A stretch of DNA of 64,000 bases from Mobula birostris (Eukaryota): the NCBI RefSeq assembly GCF_030028105.1, contig NC_092376.1, positions 155,216,212-155,280,211 on the forward strand, in the 5' to 3' direction. Shown here one piece after another: positions 36,475 through 48,223 of this stretch. Position 1 is the stretch's first letter, and each line of letters starts with the position of its first letter. Under the pieces are notes generated by a model that searched no databases, was not told the DNA's origin, and was given only the letters and a program-made list of their open reading frames with translations. A program made the position numbers and the translations under genes.

Positions 36475-37553
36475 GAGTTGATTCCCTTTAACTGGGACAC
36501 ATCGAGACCACTACATTTCAGCCCTATTAGCTGAAGTTTCATCAAAATAGTTGAAAAGGGGTAAAAAAAAGACAATCAACTGAGTAACTGTGTAACAAAT
36601 TAATTTTTTTCATGAAATACAGAAAAAAATATAACACTACCCATAATGCTAGTGGTTGCCCATCGTAACCAAAGACGGCAGGAAACCTGGGCGGGAGAGT
36701 TTTTTAAAAAAAAAACACGACACTGGGGCTGTTGCACTCTCTTGACCTCAAAAGCTTGGATCCAGTGTTACCAGTAGACGTCCTAGCTGCAATCTTCCGT
36801 GGTTGCAGTGAGAGACCATGACTTCTTCTGTGCCTCGCTATGCCCTTCTTTCTCCACGGAGCATTGCAGAACCGCCCTCCTAGTCGTTGGATCGCACTGT
36901 AGATCTCATCCACCCCATCCACTGGAGCTGTGTGCCTGTCTCTATCTGATCAGGGAATGAGACCCGCTGGCTACCCTCACTCAGTTTAGCCCGTTTGTCA
37001 AAGCAGTGCGCCGGGATGTGGCCGCTGTCACGTGCAATCAGCTACTTGGAGCCACAGGCGAGAACTGAGTGTCCGGTAAGGATCAAAGGTAACATTCAAG
37101 TTGATTATTGGTACCTTCAAATTCTTTGTATTACCTAACCTGAAGTAATGAAATCATTTCATTATCACTCCCTGCTGTTTCTGTCATTTCCAAGTCTAAA
37201 AGCTTGAAACCAGAGTGAGCAAACAGTTCTGAATTGTCTTACTGCATATTTCTTGCCAACTGTCAGTGTCAAAGATCACTGGTTTTTGAACAAAAACACA
37301 AGCAACTGATGCCATTTTAGAAACTATTTGCTCCACGCATGGTGTAGTGTCTCGTGGCCATACATTTGCACATGACAGATGCTACTTCAGAATTGTTCAG
37401 CAACAGTTTCCTGTCTTAATTAAGTGACATAGTGTCCCAAATAAATGAAAGGAATCTCTGCTATTTTCTTTTAATTGTTTTTGTGCATTAAGAGTTGTCC
37501 CAAATAAACGGCTGTCCTGATTAACTGATGGTCCAGTTAACTGGAATTCACTG
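36475..37553. mobile_element. Tigger/pogo-like non-autonomous DNA transposon
   Basis: TA-flanked imperfect TIRs GAGTTGATTCCCTTTAACTGG and CCAGTTAACTGGAATTCACTG. Confidence 0.6.
36645..37092 (-). mobile_element. RTE-derived non-coding retroelement (5' UTR-like part joined to 3' tail), nested in the Tigger-like element
   Basis: GC/CpG-rich island in an AT-rich host; 3' end CGTCTTTGGTTACGATGGGCAACCACTAG; 5' part resembles recalled RTE 5' UTRs. Confidence 0.55.
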
Positions 37554-38544
37554 TAGTATGAATCACAATTGCAAGAATTTTCACATATTCATCTACATGA
37601 ATAAAATGTGCATAGTGTCAATGCAAGACAGTCAATATGTCAACAGTATGTTTCATGGTATTATACTATTGTCATTGTGGCTTATGGATGTAGACAAATT
37701 GAAACTTTTTATTTTAAATTTCAGTAATATGTGAGGTTGTAAAAGTACTGATGGTGGGGAGCCAGGAGTTAATTTCTGGAGATTTTCTGTGTGAATCACT
37801 AGTATGAGAACCTTTGAGCTTCTGGGGCACCTCTAATATCACAGAGTACAGGCAGTTAATTAGCAATAATACATGCACAATCTTCAATTATTTCAAATCC
37901 TCCTCCCCTTCTTAAAACTCCCATTTAAAGACAAGTGAAGGAGACATTTAGAAAAGGAATTCTAGATCTTATATGCAATGCATCATACACAGACAATACA
38001 ATGGATGTTTTTATATTTCTGAGAAGTTTGCTCCTATGCAGGACACTCCCCAATAATGCACTAATCCCAAATTTCATGAATGCAATTTTCTTTGGAAGAA
38101 CAATGAGGCAGCAGTGAATGACAAAACCAGTTTATCTAGCAGTTACACACTCACCTGATGCCAAGGCCATTGAGGAGGGGATGGGTTATTCATGACTGTA
38201 ATGGCACGATGTTACTCAAGAGACTCACTGATCTGCTGGAGGGTCAGCCCGTTTGGAAGGTGGTGCCTGGGTCATGCTGGAACAAACGCTATGCTGCCAA
38301 AATCATGTGGCCAATAAACTTGTGTGACACAGTGTCATTTGAAATCCTGCCTCATTCCTTCTTTAAAAGGACCCTTCCTGCCCAAAATAACACAAGTTGT
38401 TTGTCCATAGCTTTAGTGAATCCCAGAGATCAGCTCATTAATGATGCGGAGCCAAAATTAATGACTCAGTCAATCTTAATCCATCTGTTCCTGGTTTTTA
38501 ATGTTCCTCCTACGAGGTTCCTAATCAAGTAATATAACATTTCT

Positions 38545-38738
38545 ACAAGAGATTCTGCAGATGCTGGAAATCCATAACATTCTGGAGAGACTCAGCAGGT
38601 CAGGTATCATCTATGCAAAGAAATAAACAGTCTATGTTTCAGGCCAGGATGACCACTGTTTATACTTTCCATGGTTGCTGCCTGACCTGCTGAGTTCCTA
38701 CAGCATTTTGAATATGTTGCTTTGGATTTCCAGCATCC
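38545..38738. mobile_element. Palindromic Penelope-like terminal-repeat pair followed by a (TG/TA)n microsatellite to 38768
   Basis: GATGCTGGAAATCC...CTCAGCAGGTCAGG and CCTGACCTGCTGAG...GGATTTCCAGCATC. Confidence 0.8.
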
Positions 38739-41099
38739 GTGTGTATGTGTATATATATATATATATATCCATTTTCATGTTCTCACAGAAGAACTGATCA
38801 TTGTAGGTATAATTCTCAGTTTCCAGCCCATGTGTGTTATAATTTAATGGAGTGCAGTCTCTGTTTACACAGCTACACCTGTGATTTCAGAACTGATCAC
38901 CAAAATATTCAATAGAAGTAGTTTGAAAGCTAATTTTTGATTATATAATTTGTTCTCTAACTATATGTTTCATAAACAAGGATATTGGCTCCTAATTAAA
39001 GTTCTTCAGTTTCCAGAAAGCCGGCATCTATTGAAAAAAACTGAAGGTCGACTCTTATAATGAAATTTGTTCTCCATAAATCTTAATCTAAAAGACTTGT
39101 ATTACAGAAGTATGATAGGAATTGGATGGCACAATACATCAGCAGCATAACATATTTAAACTGTCATAAATATTTGTAAATTAGTATTGTTCAGTTTTAT
39201 TAACTAACAAATCCTCCTGAGTCGTTAATTAACTTGCTGATATTTTATTAGTTTTAGTCTTGGTTATTAAATTTCTTAATTTGAAATTTGCTTTTTTTTA
39301 AAAAAAGTAGAGGACAAGAATATGTATGCCTTTTTTAAACTATTAAGACTTGTTTTTTTTTTACCATCATAAACCTTACCATCATTGATCTGTCAATTAG
39401 GATGCAAAGACATGTGATGACAGTGAGGGGCATATTTAGAAAGAAAAAAATCATAATTTCTTTGCTAAAGAATTGACAAAGGTTTTAATTTGGATTTGAT
39501 AGTTATGTGGGTGAATCCACAAGGAGTTGAATGATGTGATCAAGCACATGTGAAAGAAGGATAATTGCTTCAGTTTCCATCAAACAACAGAAAGGATTGA
39601 GTGAAGCAGATTTTTTTCTGCTTTATCTCTTCGGGGAATGTAAGAGAAAATTGTAGAACTCTGTCAAGCAGTATTTAAAAAAACTTAAGTTGCAGGATCT
39701 TAAAAGATTGCAAAATATTACTGATTTAATCTTTTCAATATAACTTTATGAACATCCATTCAAATTTTAGAAGAAAATACTGATCGCAAGTATAAAGTGC
39801 AAACATTTGAAAGCAAAACATTGATAATTTTGTGCTGATAATAAAATACTCATCTCACTTCTGTTTAAATATTTTGAGCAACTTTACCATAGCAGAATTG
39901 GGCCATTCCATCATGACTGATCCTCTCAACCCCTTTCTTCTGCCTTCTCCCCATAAAGAAAGTGAATGCAGCACCTCATCAGATGGGCAAAATGGTAGGC
40001 ATTGGAAAGTTTGTCCCTTTTAAAAAAAAAAGAAACAGCACTCGCAGATAGCACACAGAAAAGTACACAATTTTGTGTAGGGCTTAAAGTTACATTTATT
40101 CAGTGAGGTGTCTGCTACAACACAGCTTCCTTTGTAAATTCAGGTCATTCATGGTTTTCAAGAAAGAAAATTGAATATCGTGATATGACTTGTTTTTGTC
40201 ATGAAGACAGCCTGACACTATCACAGTTAATTTACTTTTTTGTTGGTACTAGACGCAATTTAAAGGAATAGATTGCATTTTTTGGTCATTGTTGATGCTG
40301 GAGATTTGACATAATTAAGCTTGCACATTTAAACAAGTGGTTGCTTACATATTACTTAATTTTAAACAGCTGAAACATTAGAAATAAATCATGCTGAAGA
40401 TGCTTTAATATTTTCCATATTGCAGATGTAACCTACTGCATATACTGTTACGATAGTAAACATATTTCAATACAAGGAAACACATTTGCTTTTGCAAGCA
40501 CTAGTTTATGAGAGTGAATGACATTTGGTTACTTAAAATCAGAGAACTTGCATATTAACATTTCCTTGGGGACTTTTAAGAAAGGAATGCAGAATACATT
40601 CAAACACAATATTACTTCACTCATTGCATATAAAAAACATTTCACTCAGATTAGCTGCAGGGGACATCTGTTTTCCTGATTTGCTGCCAACTGTACAGAA
40701 TGTCCTTGATATTCAGAAAAAGGTTATGGGGCTTTTTTTTTAATTATGAGTAAGGTGCTTTTCTACTTTGAAGAGCATCAGTGTTTAATTCATCTCTTTT
40801 CGGCAGAAAAGTCAGAAAGTGTTTTATGTAAGAATGGCAATATTCTGTTCTGGACTACATACTGGCTGTGCTGCAACTGAGCTGTGAACATGAGGGCTAC
40901 AAGCAATTCAGAGTTAAATCAAACCTCATCATTCTATTATTAAATACCAAGAAAGTAAGATGAGCAATTGTTTACATGTGTTAAAAGACAATTAATTTTT
41001 CCATATATATTCGTATGACATTTCAAAAAACTTCTGCAAATATTTCATTGATAATTTTGATATGTAAACTCATTGCAGAACTATTCTTGCCAGTTGCCA

Positions 41100-41342
41100 A
41101 TGGACAGCACAGTAGTGTAGTGGTTAGCACAATGTTTTACAGTACAGGGCAATCCAAGTTCAATGCCCACCACTGCCTCTAAGGAGCTTATAGGTTCTCT
41201 TCATGACCATGTGGGTTTCCTCTGGGAGACGTACCAGTTAATAAGTTAATTGGTCATTGTAGCTTGTCCGGTGATTAGGCTATTGTCTAAACAAGTGGGT
41301 TGCTGGGTGTCAACATCGTACCTCTAAATTAATAAATAAATT
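41100..41342 (+). mobile_element. tRNA-derived V-type SINE; a shorter 5' fragment lies at ~10350-10450
   Basis: A box TAGTGTAGTGG, B box AGTTCAATGCC, GTGGGTTTCCTCTGGG, (TAAA)n tail. Confidence 0.75.
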
Positions 41343-42161
41343 AATTTCAATAAAATATACTTCCACGTGTACAGTCTGATTCACTTTTGACCTTTTGCAA
41401 ATTAGATAGCTCACATCAACAACTCATGCATGACCAACATGCCATACCCACCAGAACTCACTGTAAAACGTATGAATGTATTGTTATTAATATTTGAATC
41501 TGCAACAGGATATCAATTGACTGAACTCTGGTCTCTCTGTATCAAAAATCAAACCTAATTAAGACTCTAATGACCATCCACATTAGTTAGGTTTGGATTT
41601 CACAATTTAAAATTGTGACTTGCCATAAACAATGTTGCACTTACTAATATTAAAATAAATTACTTACCTGAACTATCCTATCCCTTTGAATTACAACTAG
41701 TTATAAATAAATCATCAGTTAAAAGTTTCCCCAACTTCCTAAGGCAAAACAATAATTAGTCATAAAAGACAAAATTGATTTCTTGAGAGTAATGCCTATT
41801 TTTAAGTTCTGCCTGGTATTTTTAGACTAGAGATATAAACAAAATTCTGATCCAGTCTATTTTTGGTTAATGTCCATCTCCTAATTATCATTTTAATGAA
41901 CAATGATATCTTCAAAATGAATTACCATAATTTACATACACACATGCAAACTAGTTCAGAGAGTAATGCTACTGCTAATGAATTTGATTTAAAACATTTT
42001 ACCCTACACTATTGGCTTTGAATCCACTGAGGAAACTTCTCCTCAGTGTGATGTTCCTCCATGAAAAGAAAAGCTTTGAATTGCTAATCATATTCCTTGT
42101 GGGGTACAAAAACAGTGAACTATTGACAATTTATTCAGAGAGCAATGGTATAAAAACCTGA

Positions 42162-42645
42162 TATCGTGGTCTAAAGCAAAGGGTTATTTTCCAATCATAT
42201 CAGCTATTTGCGCCATGGTCCCGGCTGATAATTCCCCATATTCTCCTAATTCCCTTTGATAGCAGTACACCCGATTCTCACCTAAACCTGCAGCATAAAA
42301 ACCCCGGCTTTGCATCCACTCATCACCAGATCATTTTAGCCAGTGTGGTAATTCACGTTCCCAGCCACTGATAATTGTGTATTCTAAGTTTTACTTCAGT
42401 ACCGAGGTTTACCTGTGTAACTTTGTCGCTCTGTGTCAAGATAAGTATTGCCTGCCGCTTGTCTTTCCTGTTTGCCATTCAGCTCCAGAAATGCCCTGTG
42501 TCAAGTTAAATGCTGCCTGCCTCCTGCTTTTCCGTTCACCCTCTTGTTTGCCATTCAGCTCCAGCCACGCTCACGTCCTCATCTGCATCCTAAAACTATA
42601 TCCATGCCAGTGTCCTGCATTTGAGTTCGCCCGTTCTTTGCAACA
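42162..42645 (+). mobile_element. Probable solo LTR (Gypsy-type)
   Basis: TATA-like CATAAAAACCC; U5-like CTGCATTTGAGTTC...GCAACA end; no TSD found. Confidence 0.5.
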
Positions 42646-43074
42646 AGTTGCAACTTATTAACAAAGTTTGAAGGAGAATGATAGATCATATGAATCAAGA
42701 TACATTAATGCTAGAATTTTAAAAGCCTATGAGGAATGGAGGTCAAAGATTTATGAAGTTCCTTAGCTTTAAGTTCATGAGAAAGAATGTAACTGGACAG
42801 AATGTTTTATAAGTAGATCTCCACAGAGCCAATAAAAAGTATGCAAGAAACTTATTATAGCTTAAAAGTTAAAAGGAAGTTCAAAATGGTAATGTTGGTG
42901 GTAGAAAGAATGAAATTAAGCTATTCAGTGTTGTGGCAGAGGGAGGGGTGGAAATGAGTGTGTAGGTGTTAAAGCCAAAAAGGGGAGATTAGGTCTATTA
43001 AACAAACTTGATCTCCAACTACTATACCCATGTGGAATAAAACTGGAAAAAAAGACCTCAAATTCTAAATAGCA

Positions 43075-43640
43075 CCTTGAAAACTTAAGATAACCCTGAG
43101 CTTCCAGTCACCATCACTGTAATTCTCTTTCTGTCTCCTATTTTGACATCTTGGACTTTGGCCTCTTACACCAATCCAATGATGGCCACAGAAGCGTGAG
43201 GAATAGCAACTCACCTGCAGGGAAGACACAATGCTAGCCTTAGGACTGAACATTGAATTCAATAAATACAGTTCTGATGAAACCATTTCAAGTTTGTATC
43301 AGAACTGGACAACTCTGAGTAGAACTCACCAATCATAAATGTTATTTGTTTCTCTCTCTGCATATGCTGCACGAATTGCTGTCCAAGATGATCAGCTGTG
43401 ATTAACAAGCCTCCATGCTCTCTCAGCTGACATTATTCATGTCATTCAATCTTTCACGTACTCCACTCTGGCACAAAAACCTCTTTATGTCTTTCTCACC
43501 ACTCACCCTTCTCTGCAACTTAGAACACAATAGACTTCTAACTTCTCCTAGTTCTAATGAAAAATTATTGGTGTTAAACACTAACCCACTCCTCACTTCA
43601 GATGTTGGCTGACTAATTGAGTATTCCCAGCATTGTCTAA
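43075..43640. mobile_element. Old Penelope-like remnants
   Basis: Degraded GIY-YIG C-terminus and two decayed TTCTGATGAAA / TTCTAATGAAA terminal-repeat cores. Confidence 0.5.
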
Positions 43641-44699
43641 TTTTGCAAGTATTCTTACAACAAATAATCTTATAAAATAAGTTTCCTCTGTTTTGCTTTC
43701 ACTTGGAATGACTTGCATATCTGAACTTAGCTTAGCACTATTAATCTTGTTTAAAATTTTCAAATTCCACTATTGCAAGAAAGTAAACAGCAGTATCTCC
43801 ATTTTACTGAATCTCTGTGATAATTTGATGCATTGCCATAATTATGTTGTGGTAGGTGGTCCTACTCTTGCAGCCTTTAGACAGACTTCTGCTACTTGAC
43901 ATTTCTTGCCAATTAGGTCAATAAGGACCAAATTAGACGGATTCCAATCCTTCTCACCAGTTGCTCCATCTTGGTCTTGATTATCCATGATTTTGGAGTG
44001 TTGTCTTCACTCATAACCTTAGCTTGGTTCTAGTTCCTCATAAATGCACCATAAAAAACAACTGCTTATCCTATCCATAAATTGGGCAATAATTTAGTAG
44101 AGGTGGTTTCACTTTTCTTGGGCAGTCTGTTGTTCCTACACTAGCGTTTGGTCTTTTGGCAGATATATTTTGTTTGGGAATGTTGTCTTGTAACTTCTTT
44201 AGGTGCATTAGTGGTGATTTCATGTCTACCTTAAACAGTATTGTTCTGTGGAATCATCAACCTAGAACTAAATGGTTTGATTTGGAAATTAAAAAATTAA
44301 AGCAAAAGTACAAAAACATACATCAGTTGAACCTTAATTACCAGGAACTTTGGATTGTGCTATTATGTGTTATATTGAATAACAGCTCCTAACTAATGAA
44401 AATAATTAGTTGATGCCTCGGAGTTATTGAGGAGAAAACCGTCCAAATTTGTTAATAACCCAAGATTACAATAAATGCATGATGCATGGATATATATCGC
44501 TTGACCAAAATTCCATAAAGGTCAAGCCAATCGGGTAAAATAATCATATACTTCTTCATGAATAATGGTGGCACAGTGATCAGGGCGACAAATGACAGAG
44601 CAATCACAGTGGGCCAAACTCAATACTGGTGAGGAGTTTGCACTTGAAGTCAAGGAATAGTGACTGGAAGCAAAACAGATGAAGTACATTCTCGACAGC

Positions 44700-45296
44700 C
44701 CCAACCAAAACGTAGACAAAGTTAATTCAAGATAAGTGGTAATGGAGAAAGCACAAACCTGGGGAAAGTAACGAGAACAACAGGAATTCTGCAGATGCTG
44801 GAAATTCAAGCAACACACATCAAAGTTGCTGGTGAATGCAGCAGGCCAGGCAGCATCTCTAGGAAGTGGTACAATCGACGTTTCAGGCCGAGACCCTTCG
44901 TCAGTAATGAGACCTTGTCAAAGACACTGAACATGCCTCAGGACTCAGTGCATTCCAGCATGAAAAAGTGGAAAAATTATGAAACCACAATCACACTGCC
45001 TCAGACAGGCCTCCCGTCTAAAGTGAATCGCTGAAGAATTAGATCATTTGTAAGAGGTTACTGTGGCACCAGCAGACACTCTGAGTGAGCTGCAGAAGTG
45101 AGTGGCTGTAACTGGAAACTAAGTTCATTGCTCCACAATCTCTAAGCCCTTGAAGAAAAAGGGTATTTTGAGAAGAGTGGCAAGGGAGAAGCCCTGACTT
45201 AAAAAAAAGGCATATCATTTTCTGTCAAGACTTGGGAAGCGTCACTTAGAAGATACCGTAAAGATGTGGAAGAAGGTCTTGTGGTCGGATGAGACA
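44700..45296 (+). mobile_element. Tc1 transposase N-terminal remnant, second Tc1 family
   Basis: Reads EKHKPGESNETLSKTLNMP...KKWKNYETTITLPQTGLPSK...MWKKVLWSDET once the 44777 insertion is removed. Confidence 0.8.
44777..44902 (-). mobile_element. Young Penelope-like terminal repeat plus tail inserted in Tc1, 5'-truncated at the hammerhead core
   Basis: Nearly identical to the 15289 and 27025 copies; TSD agtaa(c/t)gaga at 44767-44776 and 44903-44912. Confidence 0.88.
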
Positions 45297-46680
45297 TCGT
45301 TGCTGAAGAGGCCAAGCACTGTTGTAACATCGACGAACGTGATGATATGGGTCGAGCTGGATCTGGTAGTGCAGTCATAAGTCAGTAACATGTTTAGCTG
45401 CGGGCTGAGCACACAGCCTTGTGGGGGGTGGGGGGTGGAACAGTGCTCAGCATGATGGAGCTTGAGATGTTGCTGCCAATATGGATTGACTGGGGTCTTT
45501 CTATCAAGAAGTCTAAGATCAAATTACAAAGAGGGGCATCGAGTCCCATAGAGGACAATTTACTCATAGCCCAAGGGATGATCGTGTTAAACACCAAGCT
45601 GAAGCTGATGAACAACATTTTGATGTATGAGATATCATTCTCTAAGTATGATCGGACAAAGTGAAGGGCTGAAACTATGGCATCATCAGTGGACTGGTTT
45701 GAGTGGTTCTCAGTACCTCCAGTTGAACTCTGTCTTTTTGTGTCTTTCCCTTTAGCTGTCAGTCTGTGGTTTTGTATTACCCTGTGCTCCTGTCCCCACT
45801 CCTACTCTTCTCTGGCCCCTGTATGACTGAGTACTCCATTTCTCATCTGTTTCTCATTATTCCCTGTATTGCTGCCACCTGTGTCTCATTGTGCTCCACC
45901 TATCACCTGCCTCTCTGTTTATTGCTCAGTGTATTTCAGTCCTGTGTTTTCATCTGTTTGCTGTCAGATTGTGCCAGTGCATTTTCCTGAGCCTTTCCAA
46001 CATTCGTATCTGTACTCTGTCTGTCCGAATATCAACTCTGCCTGCTTCCTGATTCTGGTTTTTGGATTTCACTGGATGTTTTGATCTCTGTCTGAACTTT
46101 GACGCTGACTTGATTTGCATCTTGGGATTTGTTACTCAATTAATATCACTGTGTGCGCAGTACTAGGTCTGCGATTGGATCCCTGTTCCAGCATTCTGAC
46201 AGTGATAGGCAAATTGGAAAGAGTCCAATATAGCTGGAAGGTGGAATTTTTATGATCCATTACCAGCCATTGAAAACACTTCATGACTGGTGAAGTCAGA
46301 GCTACTGTGTGGTAATTATTTAGGTCAGAAGCCATCGCTCTCTTGGGCACCAGAATCATGGTGCCTATCCTGAAAACTGCAGGGACAGTAGATTGTTACA
46401 AATGGATAGTAAAGATGTCCATTAAGATGGCTGTTAGCTGGGCTGCACAATCCCTCAGCACCTGACTAGTTATGTTGTCTGGCCCCGTTGTTTTGTGTGT
46501 GGGTTTACGCTAACTAATATCCTCCTCAATTCAGCTGTGGCCAGAGAGGGTTACTGACACTCAGGGTGGACTTGTAATCTGGTAAGATTTATATACATTG
46601 ATACATGCTCATGTCCCCGGCAATACAAAGGTGTCTTTGAATTTTCTGTGAGTACTCATGCTTTGCTAGACAGTGTATAA
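45297..46680 (-). mobile_element. Rex1/Babar RT fragment interrupted by a solo LTR
   Basis: ORFs 45394-45618 (LFISFSLVFNTIIP...LCNLILDFLIERPQ) and 46132-46359 (LVPK...LNNYHTVALTSPVMKCF). Confidence 0.8.
45704..46201 (+). mobile_element. Solo LTR (Gypsy-type), left end eroded
   Basis: Interrupts the Rex1 RT (tttgagtg|...|gtgataggc); ends CTGCGATTGGATCC...CTGACA. Confidence 0.65.
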
Positions 46681-47943
46681 AACTGGATAAACTTGTCAGA
46701 AACCCTGAAATAGATCACAGATATTTGTGGATCACCTGAGGTGTCAATATTTATGAGGACAGGGAGGAGTGATAGTCAGAAATAGCTTATAGTACCTCCT
46801 AAAGCATTGAATCAGAGCCCTTATTGCCCATTATCTCCAGCAGAGTTAGAAGTAAAGCTTGTTTAATCCTGATGACATAAATGGCATTAAAGCTATTGGT
46901 GCAAGGAAGATAGGACATTAACACGTACGAGGGAAAGAAATATTAATTCCAAGTTAGTTTTGGGGATTTAACCCTTCCAAAAACTTATTTCTGAATTTAT
47001 TTCTGGGATCATAACTACACTTATTTTCACATTTTGGCTTTATACTCATTTTTAGCAAGTCTGATTTTTAAAAAAATGTGTAATAATTTTAGAAATAATG
47101 TACAATAAAAATTATACTTTGCAAAGGATATCAATACTAGATCAGAGTCCATGCTGGACAGTGCTGATTCCAAGTGATGTCATCAATAATTGTTTAAAAC
47201 TTGGAAAGGAGCTCGTAACGTTGAGTGTTATTGGTACCAGAAGCAAATCTGTACACCGAACAATTCATTAGATAGAACAAAGCATTTGGGGAACAAGGTA
47301 TTTCATCATATAAATTAGCCTTGTTCAATAGCTCATTTTATAAAAACCTATAAACATTATACCTTTAATAAATACACACATTTAAAATATTAACTAATTG
47401 AATGGTTAAAACATATGATAAAATTTAGATCCAAACATTCAATCGAATACAAACAGTTCAATTCGTTGCTAAGAAGTTCATACAAATTTATGATTTTTTA
47501 GAAAAGGATTATTGTGAAAATCTAAAACAATAATAGTTCAATACAAAGAGGTGGTTTGGTATTACAGTTCATATTGTCTTATTTACATGAGAAGATAGGA
47601 AGGGCAGTCTCTCCTATGAGAAACAAATGACACATTAGCCATGTTCTTGCTTCTTCCAAGAGTTTCTTCCAAAATTAAATTCTTCAAATTGCTTAACAGG
47701 AATAGCCGACGACGAAGCTCTAGATCATTCCAAACACACTGCAGTTTTGTTTCTGTACAATTTGTCATAAAGTTTACTTCCTACAGGAAACTGTCCTTAA
47801 GGCTTCTGGGAAGGAATTATTTATAGCATTTGAAATGAATGAGGAAAAAGGCCATTCATTTCTGAAGCTGCTTCTAATTGGATAGATTTACTGCAGTCCT
47901 CAAAGGGATTCATTTTGTGGCCTAATATGTCCTGAGGACAATT

Positions 47944-48223
47944 TCAGACACGATTGATGGACCTTTGTATTTCTACTATTCCCACTGGGGGAGATGCAAT
48001 CTGAGAATCAGAATCACTTATTATAGGACAAAGTTTGTTGGCATTTTCCACACTTGATTGATCAGTAAACTCTGCTAAATTTGGCACATCATTCCCTGAG
48101 ATGTTAAGGCCTTTCCAATCCCTTATGGCTTGGACCTGTTGCTCTTTGTCCAAATTGTCCAGTTGGCGAACTTTCAGAAGGCAAGATGAAGATAATGTGC
48201 CTTGCAAACTACGAATGAAATAC
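47944..48223 (-). CDS. ATP10B: ATP10B last coding exon: (R)[24 protein letters not shown]...SINRV*
   Basis: Acceptor atcatcag|G TAT TTC completes the phase-2 Arg codon; YFxxSLQGT is typical of ATP10B; TGA at 47946-47944. Confidence 0.9.

Noticed and set aside
38158-38532. 124-aa plus-strand ORF
   Set aside because: No recognisable motif or splice support; length compatible with chance.
1-47000. miR-146 expected from amniote synteny downstream of ATP10B
   Set aside because: No TGAGAACTGAATTCCA match found by eye. The nearest, GAGAACTGAGT at ~37060, lies inside a retroelement. A computational search should confirm.
46990-47005. AATAAA on the minus strand as the ATP10B polyA signal
   Set aside because: Plausible position, but the region is AT-rich and it cannot be assigned without 3'-end data.
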